Assembly (NCBI GenBank): GCA_905331295.1
Contig: CAJNYD010000418.1
Span: 55,964 to 75,963 of the forward strand
Source: Rotaria socialis
Lineage: Eukaryota
Direction of reading: 5' to 3'
Length of the DNA stretch: 20,000 nt
Positions 1 to 10,610 of this stretch are shown here, in pieces. The translations under genes and the position numbers were made by a program. Position 1 is the stretch's first letter, and the number at the start of each line of letters is the position of its first letter. A model generated the notes under the pieces. The model worked only from the letters and a program-made list of their open reading frames with translations, searched no databases and had not been told where the DNA came from.

Positions 1-477
1 TTCCTATTACCATTATTGTATTATATTTTCTTACTCTACTCGTTTTTTCTTGCTCTTTTTTCGCGCTCTTTGATATTGTCGTCATCATCGGCCCCACTCC
101 TCTATCTCTCTACTTTATGTTCTATATGACGAGCACATCCATACACACACGCCAGTCAAACAGAATTGTAATATTGTCGTTTGCTCCGCTTCCTCATGGC
201 GATGGCTGTTTTTTTCTCTCATTTTTGTGGTCTATTAAATATCCACATAAAAAATAGATATCCGAGTAGGTAAAGTCGAAACAGTTGTGTTATGACACTA
301 GGTTATTTTCAAATATATGAATATTTTGTACTGGTGCATGCCAGAGAAGTACGTGAAATATTTTAAATTATCGCTTTGCTAAACGAAAGGATATCAATTG
401 AATCAAATGAAATGATCAAAATATTTACTTTAATTGACAAATATTCCTTCTTAGTTTTTGTAGAAGAACTATTTTCA

Positions 478-1035
478 ATGGCATCTTCTTCTTCTTCTTC
501 TTCCTCTTTGTTTTCAACTACAACGCCTAAATTAATTATCCCTGACGAAAAATCACCTAGTGAAACAAACGATAGTCGTTCTTCTTCTATTTCTTCAATA
601 CTTTCCTCGTCTGTCATTCCGTCATCACGAGAGACAACAACAAAAAAATTAACAAAAATTCTGTCAACACAATCAAGTTTGGAACGTCATTATCCACCAC
701 GTCCAATTGCAAAACGTTTTTCAATCGACGCTGATCCATCGTCAATCATTTTAAATACTACTCCTACTGACTTTTCTAGTAATTCTTTACGTCGACAACC
801 GTCAACACCAGATGCTGAAGAAAACTTATCGATCCCTACCTCTAACAGTATTCATGGTAAAGACACATCACCTGCTCGATCACCATCATTAAAAAAAATT
901 GACAGTTTCTTGGAAATTCCCTATGAAAAAGGTGAAATAGTGGATTTAATTAAATTGGCTGATGATCCGAATGCTTCAACACATATGACAAATGATGGAC
1001 ATGAAGTATTACTTGAACATGGAGCTGCTCCCTAG
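478..1035 (+). CDS. Ser/Thr-rich, probably disordered coding exon (185 aa if it ends at TAG 1033-1035); probably also the 5' coding exon of the TMEM242-like gene
   Basis: The ATG at 478 lies just behind an acceptor-like tract (ttagtttttgtag, AG 462-463). The frame is open from MASSSSSSSSLFSTTTPKL to LLEHGAAP. The TTG start at 376 in the ORF track looks intronic. A GTGAGC donor at 1035 overlaps the stop, and AATAAA follows at 1130-1135. Confidence 0.7.
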   Translation: MASSSSSSSSLFSTTTPKLIIPDEKSPSETNDSRSSSISSILSSSVIPSSRETTTKKLTKILSTQSSLERHYPPRPIAKRFSIDADPSSIILNTTPTDFSSNSLRRQPSTPDAEENLSIPTSNSIHGKDTSPARSPSLKKIDSFLEIPYEKGEIVDLIKLADDPNASTHMTNDGHEVLLEHGAAP

Positions 1036-1056
1036 TGAGCTATCCTAATTTTACTG

Positions 1057-1074
1057 TCTCTCTCTCTCTCTCTC
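1057..1074 (+). repeat. (TC)9 microsatellite
   Basis: Direct reading of tctctctctctctctctc. Confidence 0.9.
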
Positions 1075-1298
1075 GTATTGCATGTTGTAATCGTTAGTTG
1101 TCGTTCTTCTATTTGTGCGTATAAAAAAAAATAAAAGCAATTTTGCTCTTTCATTACGATATGCATGACACGATTAGTATTCAATCACCTATTCTTCGAT
1201 TTCGTTGAATAGTTACAAGCAAAGAAACAAACAAATATGAACTTTATCTTATTTTTATGAAAAAAAAGAAATAATAGTATCTTTTATCTTATTTTTAG

Positions 1299-1803
1299 TG
1301 ATGCAGTGAAATCAGACAAAGAAGCTTCTCGAGAAGCTCGTAACGCTTTTATATTCAATCGTCTTTTGCCTGGTGTCTATTTTTCTTTCATAACAGCATG
1401 TGGTTTACTAGGCGGTTTTGGTTTTGCACTTGGTCGAACAAAAAAACGTGAAACAACAGCTAAACTTACTCGACAAGCAAATGCAAGAGTGTTATTTGAC
1501 GATGGTCATTATTTAGCTATCAAAGCGTTACGTCGTGCTTCAATGTATAGTTTAGCTACTGTTCTTTCATTCACTGGTACCCTATGGTTGCTTAGCGGAA
1601 AACCAAAAACGTTTGCTGAATTTCGCATGTGGTCTGCTTCATGGTTACCATCGATCAAAAGAAAAACAGATAAAGAAAATGAAGGAAGAATTGAATTTGA
1701 GAGTGTAACAGATTTTATGCAGTATTTAATTGATGAAGATAAAAGACTAAAAGATAAAAAAAAGAGTAATAACACCAACACCAACAACACCAACAACGAA
1801 TAA
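1299..1803 (+). CDS. TMEM242: TMEM242 (DUF1358)-like membrane protein, terminal coding exon
   Basis: Two hydrophobic segments resemble the TMEM242 pattern as I recall it: GVYFSFITACGLLGGFGFALGRTKKR, then GHYLAIKALRRASMYSLATVLSFTGTLW, EFR..SWLPSI and GRIEFES. An acceptor (tatttttag) ends at 1298. The first in-frame ATG is only at 1543, so an upstream phase-2 exon is required. Confidence 0.75.
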
Positions 1804-1807
1804 TAAA
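1802..1807 (+). terminator. Putative polyadenylation signal of the TMEM242-like gene, overlapping the stop codon
   Basis: taataaa at 1801-1807, followed by a GT/T-rich tract at about 1821-1852. Confidence 0.5.
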
Positions 1808-1891
1808 GATATTTAGTGACGTTTGGTTGAAATTTGTGTTTTGTTTTGATTTAAAAAAAAAGGAAAAGACTAGTTTTGAAAATTTTTCTAG

Positions 1892-4800
1892 ATGGAACTA
1901 TCGAATTTTCTATCGTTGATCTGTAATGATAGTAGTGATTCTTCATCAAAGATTTGGTTTGATCAAGATCTGTCACCTTGTTTTCGTAAATATGTTCTTG
2001 AGTTTGTTCTTTATACGATAACTCTCATTCTTGTATCGTACAATATTGGGCAACGTTTGAAATGTTCATATCGTCTATGGACACTTCCACTTGCATTGAT
2101 TCGTTTTGGATCAAGTTTAGTATTGATAACAACATTTTCATTCTATTTCTATGACTATTTTTTTGCTAATAATACAAAATATCAATGGATTGATGCTATT
2201 AATATATTGCTTATTCTCAATACACATTTATTTATTTGTTATTTTAATTTCAACCGTAACCTTTATCATAATAAACGTCCGATGAATTATATTATTTGGA
2301 TGATTATATTCTTTGTCATACAGAATTATGACATCTATCGAATTGTTATTAAACATTTGACATTAATTGAAAGTATTTATGTTAGTATTAGACAATCATG
2401 TTTAGTTTTAATAACTTTCGGCCTGTTATGTATTTGTTGTCACACGTGTGATCAACCAATGCCAACAGAACGTAAGTAGAGATTACGAAATAAGATATTT
2501 TTGATGACTAATTTTTATATAAACAATAAAGATCCTGAAACTAATGAAAGCCAATATTTCCTGCCAGATACAGTTATCATACAATCGAGATGTCTTTTTC
2601 TTCCATCATCACAACAAGAATCATCACATGTAATTAATGAAGATTCAGCTACTCTAACAGAACTATTTACTTTTGCTTGGTTTAATCCATTGATGAAACG
2701 TGGTTATAATTCATTAATTATTGATTTAAATGATCTTTGTTCATTACCATTTGCACTTTTACCATTACGTTCAAGTGGCGTGCAACATCATCGTCGACTT
2801 TCTCGTGCACTTATGAAAAATTTTGGTCGATCTTTTTTTCTACTTGGTATTCTAAAAATTCTTGGCGATGGTCTTGCTTTTGGTGGACCTATTTTTCTTA
2901 ATAAATTAATCATTTACATGGAAGAATCAAGTGGAAGCGAACAGAAGGATCGTGATCTACGTCGTGGTCTTCTTCTTTCAAGTATTCTCATTGGAACCGT
3001 AGCTGTAGCATCATTTCTAAATACGCATTTTACTTATCGTATAAATCGTTTGGGACTTCGTTCTAAAATTTATTTATATACACGTATTTACTCGACAGCA
3101 ACACAATTAAATACATGTCAAATGAATACATTCAATATGGGCGAAATTGTTAATTTCATGTCAACAGATTCTGATCGTATTGTAAATTTTTTTCAATCAT
3201 TCCATGCATTTTGGTCATTACCAGTTCAAATAGCCATTGTACTTTATCTATTATATCAACAAATTGGCTTGACATTTTTAATTGGTCTTGTTTTTACAAT
3301 AATACTCATACCAATAAATAAATGTATAGCATCGAAGATAGCCAAATTAAGTCAAGATATGATGTTGTATAAAGATGAACGTATTAAAGTTGTTTCTGAA
3401 ATCATATATGGTATGCGTACAATTAAAATGAATACGTATGAAAATTATTTTACTGATCGAATAAATGATATTCGACAAAAAGAATTACGTGCATTACGTG
3501 GAAGAAAATATTTAGATGCTTTTTGTGTTTATTTTTGGGCAACAACACCAGTTCTCATTTCTGTTTTAACATTTACAACGTATACACTTCTTGGAAATCA
3601 ATTGACACCCGCAAAGGTTTGCTTGATTTTGTTTTCTAGAAAACTAAGTATTGCAAATTTTCGAATATAAAATAATTGTAATTGTCGCATAGTACAGGAT
3701 ACCAGCAGATGTTACTTTTCCATTTCCAAGGATTTTTCAATACGATCAAAATTAAACGTTGCTAAATATTCTTCGAAATATTGGCATGTTTTCATAACGA
3801 AATTATACGTATCTAGGAAAGATTCTATATCTTATTATGGATGTATGGATGTGTTCAGCATGAACATTATTTTTTCTAATATAAAGCAGATACATTGACA
3901 TCTTACTCAAATACGGTACTATTCTTTACTGAATAGAATTGACAAGAAATATCATGATTAAATGAGTAAACATAAAGAAAATTCTACGCACATAGATCAT
4001 GAAAATTTATTTTAAATTTAATATGAATCATGTGTTGATATGAAACGATATTTTAGGTATTTACCAGTTTGGCTTTATTTGCTTTACTTATTTCTCCTTT
4101 AAATGCATTTCCATGGGTAATTAATGGATTAGTTGAAGCAAATGTATCATTAAAACGTGTTCAACGTTTTATGGATATTGAACCGATTGATTTTGATGCA
4201 TATTATGAAAATGCACCAATTGATCCTTTTCCAATTTTGGGTAAATTAAATATATTTTTTTTTCTGTTTTTATTTAAAATACAAACAATTCTTCGACTAA
4301 TGATTTTCTCTATTCATTAGATCATCGTTCATCATTAGATATTCGTATAAATCAAGCAAATTTTTCATGGAATTCTACAGACTATATAGAATCTGATGAA
4401 ATCTCTTTGAAAAATATTGATTTAACAATTGTACGTGGTAGTCTTGTACTTATTGTTGGTCGAGTTGGAAGTATGATTTTCATTTATTTTAAAGTAAATA
4501 ATCATGGAAGTTAATAGGTGGAAAAACGACATTACTCAATGGTATTCTTGGTGAGTTAAATAAAATAAATGGCTCAATTAATGTTCATAATGCGGTTGAA
4601 AATGGATTTGCTTTTGTTAGGTTAATATTATTCTAGTTTTACTTAGTTGCATTTTCTCATTCAATTTTTTTCTTGTAGTCAAGAATCATGGATTCAACAA
4701 ATGTCATTTCGAGATAATATTCTCTTCGGTAAACCATATAATGAACAGTTGTACAAAAGAGTGATTGATGCATGTGCACTCGAAAATGATATTAAAGTAT

Positions 4801-7800
4801 ACAACTCATTTACATATTTCTATAATTATGATAGAATTTCTTTGCATAGAGTTTAGGTGCAGCTGGTGATTTTAAATTGGTTGGTGAAAATGGTGTCACA
4901 CTTTCTGGTATGTTTCAATTTGTTGGATATTTTATTTGTAAAAAGGCTTTGTTTTTGCTCTATAAAATAGGCGGTCAAAAAGCTCGTCTTGCATTAGCAC
5001 GAGCTGTTTATCAAGTAAATAAAAGATTTCATAGACAAATTTGTCATACAAATATTTTATTATTAGGATAAAGATATATATTTATTAGACGATCCTTTGT
5101 CGGCTGTTGATGTTCATGTTGCTCGTCATCTTTTTAGTAATTGTATTAACGGTCTTCTTAAATATAAAACACGTCTGTTATGTACTCATCAAATTCAATT
5201 TATGGATCAAGCTGATTATATTATTTTAGTTGACAATGGACGCATTGTTCGAACAGGTCATCTATTTATTGACTGCTATATTTTCTCTTGTAACTAATTT
5301 TCTTAATATGAAAAGGAAAACCAAATGAAGTTCTTACATCAGCCGAAGGCTTACTTTTATCTAGTAATCATTCATCTCAAACTAGTGTTGGAACGACAAC
5401 ACATAAATCAATGATCGATATTGAAGAGCAAGTTATACAAGCAGAAACTGCTTTGGAAAATGAAGCAGAACAAAGGTGTACTGGTAAAACCAATAGATAG
5501 AGTAGTTTTGAATTAAGAAATACTGAAAATATTCATTTAGGAACCGTCAAATTTACTGTTTGGAAACGATATTTTGTTGCTGTTGGCATTTTTCTTTCGT
5601 TTTCTATCGTACTTTCAGTATTTCTTATGCAAGGTTTGTATTCATAAATGCATCTAGATAGTTCTATCTTCATTTATCATGTTTACTTAATAGCTTCTCG
5701 AAATGTCTTTGATTGGTGGTTATCATATTGGACAAGTCATCAGTCATCTTTACTCAATATAAAGAATATAACTGATCAAACATCTAAAAACTTTCTCAAT
5801 CATAGCCTGTAAGCTTACGATATTTTTGTCTTTGTTTAACACATCTTATTCGATAGCATATGTTAGATAAGTAAAAATAAATCATCTAACTGAGACATCC
5901 TAGCGAAATTTCCTATTGTCAAGTATGTCAAATAGCTATATAAAAGCTATCAATAATATGTTTACGTTGTCATATTGATAAAGTAAAACAACAGTGCTAA
6001 AATTCTGCTCGTGAAGTTTACAAATTATTTTTTATTTTGATTGATTATGATTGTTTTAATTTTAATTTTAATTTTACATTAATTAATCAGTTAATGCTTT
6101 GTTTTAGTGTGTCTAATATTGATGCTCGACCAATGTTCGGCTTTGCTACACAAACAGCTGACAAAGATACAGATGANGTTTTAATTTTAATTTTAATTTT
6201 ACATTAATTAATCAGTTAATGCTTTGTTTTAGTGTGTCTAATATTGATGCTCGACCAATGTTCGGCTTTGCTACACAAACAGCTGACAAAGATTTTAAAC
6301 GTTTTTTTATAATTTATGTTAGTCTAGCTATTGCAAATTCTCTCTTTACACTAATGCGTGCTTTCACATTTGCTTATGGTGGCATTGCAGCAGCTAGAAA
6401 ATTACATAAATCCTTACTGAATAGTCTTTTAAAATGTTCAATATCATTTTTGGATGCAACACCAAGTGGAAGGATATTAAATAGATTTTCAAGTGATACG
6501 TGGAGTGTAGACGATTCATTACCATTTATAATGAATATACTTCTAGCGAACATGTTCTCATTATTAGGTACACTTGTATTATCGTGTTATGGTTTACCTA
6601 AATTTCTTATTGTTCTTGTTCCATTGGCTATTTTTTACTATTTCATTCAGGTTAGAAACGAATAGGAAACTTTATTTGTATGACAAAATTATTATCTTTA
6701 GAATTATTACCGTTGGACATCACGTGAAATAAAGCGTATATCATCTGTATCTTTGTCACCAGTTTATGCACATTTTGGTGAAACTATTTCGGGTTTATCA
6801 ACAATCCGTGCTTTTCGTCATGTAACACAATTTGTTGAACATAATTTTCTCTTAGTATCGAATAGTATTCGTGCGCAATTTGCATCTCTTATTGCTGGCT
6901 TATGGCTTAGTTTTCGTCTTCAACTGATTGGTATTGTCATGGTTGCTGGTGTATCATTAATTGGCGTTATTGAACATGTTTATACAATAGAAGGATCAAA
7001 TCCAGCATTAGTCGGACTTTCTTTATCATATATTTTATCAGTTACGGGTCTTTTGAATGGTTTAATATCAAGTTTTACAGAAACTGAAAAAGAAATGATC
7101 GGTGTTGAACGCGTTACTGCATATATCGATGATTTACCCAAAGAAGAAGAAGACAATGAAGAACAATTTATCTTTTTGAATGAAGAAAGACAACAAAAAG
7201 GAGCAACAATTGAGTATCGTCATGCTACTATGAAATATAGTGTTGATCAAAAAGTAGCACTCGATAATATTACATTTCAAATACAATCAAATGAAAAAAT
7301 TGGCATTGTTGGACGAACTGGTTAGAGACATTTTGATTTAATTTAAAAAAAAAGAAAGAAATCTCTGATCGATTTTTGTCTTGTTGTTTTTATTTCGAAA
7401 AGGTTCCGGTAAAAGTAGTTTATTAGCAGTATTATTTCGTCTTGTAAATTTGTCTGATGGACAAATTCTTATTGATAACGTTGATACGACAACAATGCGA
7501 CGTCACACACTTCGGTAATAAACATTTTTTTGATCTTCAGCATATGTATTTTCTCTCTCTTTCATTTTTAGACAAACTTTAGCAATTATTCCTCAGGATC
7601 CATTTCTATTCAGTGGAACTATTCGAGAAAATCTTGATCCTTATCAACATCATACCGATGAAGAAATTCATAGTGCATTAGAAAAATGTCATCTATTTGA
7701 TTTAGTTGAAACTTTAGGTAAGAACATGGAGAATTTTTTCTTGCTTCTATTTTTGATGTTAAGGAAATGATCTTAATTCAATGATTGTTGAACGTGGTCG

Positions 7801-8257
7801 TAATTTTTCTGTTGGTCAAAAGCAAGTAAGAATTAAAAGATGCATTATCACTCGAAACAATCAATCGTATGCGTTGTTTTTTCTTTTCTTATTAACAGCT
7901 CTTTTGTCTTGCTCGAGCGCTTCTTCGCAAAGCTAAAGTAAATGTTTCTAATATACTTTATTGTGTTTATTTTTGTTTACGTATATATATTAACAGATTT
8001 TATGCTTGGACGAAGCAACAGCTAATATTGATAATGAAACTGATCGTCTTATTCAAACATCAATTCGTGACGCTTGTTCGAACGTAACTGTAATAACAAT
8101 TGCTCATCGAGTTCAAACCATTCTCGATTCTGATCGAGTCATTGTTATGGATAGTGGTCGAATCATTGAATTTGATACACCGACAAATTTACTTAAAAGT
8201 CCACAATCAACATTTGCTCGACTGGTGCGTCAGGCAAAAGTTTCGATTCTATCTTAA
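1892..8257 (+). CDS. ABCC10: ABC transporter subfamily C member 10 (MRP7)-like, 19 exons, about 1514 aa
   Basis: Hand-spliced GT-AG exons are 1892-2471, 2532-3616, 4057-4240, 4321-4470, 4518-4620, 4679-4796, 4850-4907, 4971-5014, 5067-5256, 5316-5483, 5541-5633, 5694-5808, 6233-6650, 6702-7320, 7403-7514, 7572-7717, 7764-7825, 7899-7937 and 7997-8257 (4545 nt, frame-consistent). Domain order is TMD0-TMD1-NBD1 ([28 protein letters not shown])-TMD2-NBD2 ([26 protein letters not shown]). ABCC10-type segments include [19 protein letters not shown] and [12 protein letters not shown]. Confidence 0.93.
6053..6293 (+). repeat. Direct duplication of about 116 bp (offset 125) around the N at 6177; probable assembly overlap of two alleles
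   Basis: 6053-6168 is identical to 6178-6293 and covers the intron end, acceptor and exon start. The copies diverge after ...GACAAAGAT (ACAGATGAN vs TTTAAACGT). Confidence 0.9.
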
Positions 8258-8305
8258 TTTCCATTTACTTTGATTAGTGCCGTTGTATTTTTTTCGGCAT
8301 ATCAA

Positions 8306-8311
8306 AATAAA
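8306..8311 (+). terminator. Putative polyadenylation signal of ABCC10
   Basis: AATAAA about 50 nt after the TAA at 8255-8257. Confidence 0.55.
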
Positions 8312-9284
8312 ATTGTTATTAGATCTAAAACTAACTACGATTCACAGATCGTAGAATTACATAATCATTTTTATTTCTCTCAAAATCTTACTATTATTTG
8401 CAAAATTTATTTATTATCATTGATTCGGTAAATCACATGACCATTCAGAGCCTTTCTTTTTTTTATGGTTGTCATCTTAACTTCAGTCAGTGCAATATTA
8501 ACATTGCCAGCAAAGTAGCCAAAAGCAAGCACTATTTAGAATGAGAACAGTGCTTGAAAAATTTTCTACTGACCATCAACACTTAGAATACGATAATTGT
8601 AGATGGGTTTCTTATTCTCTTCCACAAACTCATTTGAACAAGAAAGATAAAGCGAAAACAATTCCAGTTTTCTCTTATATATAAAGTATATAGAGCATAT
8701 CATGATGATTATATATGAGTCGTATAGATTTTAGAATTCCTTGAGAAAAAGAAACTTTTAACTTCTATAATATTTTCGGCTGCTAGTCAATATGACAGAG
8801 ATGAGCATTATAATTAAAGACTTCTCAACAGCACACAAATTCGCGATAGTAGAGTCGATTCTAAATGTTTGCATCCATTCAGGTTTGAGAAACATTGTTC
8901 CTACAGTTGAAATCAGAAAATTAATAAGAGTCGACAAATAAAAATGGTTTTAACTGCCTGAGTATATTATGATAAATTTATTAGACGATTTGGTTTAATA
9001 AGATAAGTGTGGCTTATTTTCAGTTTTGTGTTTTTGCTTTGTATATTTATTATATAGTGAAGACTAACGTCAAAGTAATGAAAATTTGATAAATCGCCTT
9101 AAGTCCTAAAATTCTTACTATTTATGCAAATTGATATTTGACTTCAATGATCGCAGTCATTTTTCACTATTTGTTTTCAAGACATCCAGCATAACAAAAT
9201 GCTATTCTATAATAAGCCGACAAAAAAAATGTAATGAGTTCATTTTATTTATTTTAGTCAATATTCATATTGGATACAAATCAT

Positions 9285-10610
9285 TTAACGTGAAACAGCA
9301 GCAACTATAGCTCTATTTATCATGCGTACAGTCTGAATCATTTGTTTTATTTTAGACATTTGGGGAGCAATTTTGATTGCATAATTTGGAGCATTGGCTC
9401 CCCACCAATCCCAGCAGCCCATTGGATTCATCGGTGAAGTTGTTGTTGGAGAAATTTGAGGAAAAAACACAATCAAATTGTTGAGTTCGGCAACTTCCAA
9501 GTAACCCGTCTTAGTTATGAATGTATCACCAATAAACCGTTTTCCTGTACGAAAAAAATAAAGCCATTCAAAACAACAACAAAAAACGAAATTAAGCAAG
9601 GATGGATCTACAACCTTGTCGACATCCATGTAGTGCAACATGAATCGGGCATTTTTGACCTTTAGTACAGGCAGATGGAAAGTATGCGAATCCATAGTCG
9701 TCGAGACCACTAGAAAAGCTGTATGTATCGGGAAGTTGAGCTTCGAAAGGCACTGTAGTGATAGACAAGGTTAAATTAAATAGACCTGATGTTGGCCAAC
9801 TCCATGTGGTAGGATTATACAAGGAAATCGTTGCTGAGATCCATTTCAAGACTGCACTACTCGAAATGTCACCTGTAGCCAAAGACGGCGGAGGATTCTG
9901 AAAATTTTCTTGTCTAAATACAATCATCTGTCCGATTAGCGGCGTTGTTGAGTTCGAAATAGGCGCAATCAACTGACCACCATGAAGATGATTCAATACG
10001 TCGTATGCCATATTGAAATTACTAAAAGCAAAATGAGTAAATTTGAATAAAGATCAAATATGACTTTTAAAACGCTTTTAGCTGACCAGTTATTGATAAA
10101 ATCTTTTGTATTTAATACATCACAACTTTCACCAAAGTTGTCTGTTGGAAAACCATGTGTTGCTGGTAGCTCGTAATTAGTTTTCACATTAGCACCCAAC
10201 ACAGAATATATCTCTTCGTTTAATTTAACGATACTAGTAAGAGTAACAGAATCCTGCGTACCAGCAAAAACATATATTGAATCATTTTGAACGTTTGAAA
10301 GTCTATCAATATTCTCAGTTAATTCATAAGATTTAAGTTTTAATAAAATATCATCAGCCGAAATGTCTTCAATGGGTCCCTTCATGCATTTCGTAACACC
10401 CGTCAAGTTGCCAGCACATTCATATGGAGGGCCAGCTAAAATACCACATCCACTGATTTCTTTTGAATAGGCCATATGTAATTGAACAGCCATAGCAGCA
10501 CCTGAAGATATGCCCGACACGGTCACATCAGTACGTAATGCACCTGTGTCAACTAAAGATATGATAATCCCAAATGCAATAAAAAATATATTTCTGCCAA
10601 ATGTCATCAT
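9285..10610 (-). CDS. Secreted poly(3-hydroxybutyrate)/PHA depolymerase-like alpha/beta hydrolase, 3 exons, about 396 aa
   Basis: Exons are 10610-10087, 10021-9615 and 9544-9285 (introns 65 and 70 nt, GT-AG, 1191 nt in frame). There is a signal-peptide-like N-terminus, an N-terminal lipase box VTVSGISSGAAMAVQLH, then AGPPY, candidate catalytic Asp (GTQDSV) and His (ATHGFPT), CPIHVALHGCRQG and NPMGCWDWWG. This order matches extracellular PHB depolymerases with an N-terminal lipase box, such as the Penicillium funiculosum enzyme. Confidence 0.88.

Noticed and set aside
376..477. N-terminal 34 aa of the ORF-track protein starting at TTG 376
   Set aside because: It has a non-ATG start in AT-rich intron-like sequence ending in an acceptor; ATG 478 is the plausible start.
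363..617. Minus-strand 84-aa Glu-rich ORF (and the 95-aa ORF at 1509-1796)
   Set aside because: These are antisense shadows of TCT/AAC-rich plus-strand coding sequence with no independent support.
2501..8257. Separate ORFs, or a fragmented/pseudogenised ABC transporter
   Set aside because: All pieces join through canonical GT-AG introns into one uninterrupted 1514-aa ABCC protein.
9011..9018. GGCTTATT, and ggct...tacaaccaccaagag at about 16067-16093, resemble parts of the bdelloid spliced leader as I recall it
   Set aside because: The matches are partial only, with no GT donor immediately after them and no recognisable SL RNA structure; likely chance.
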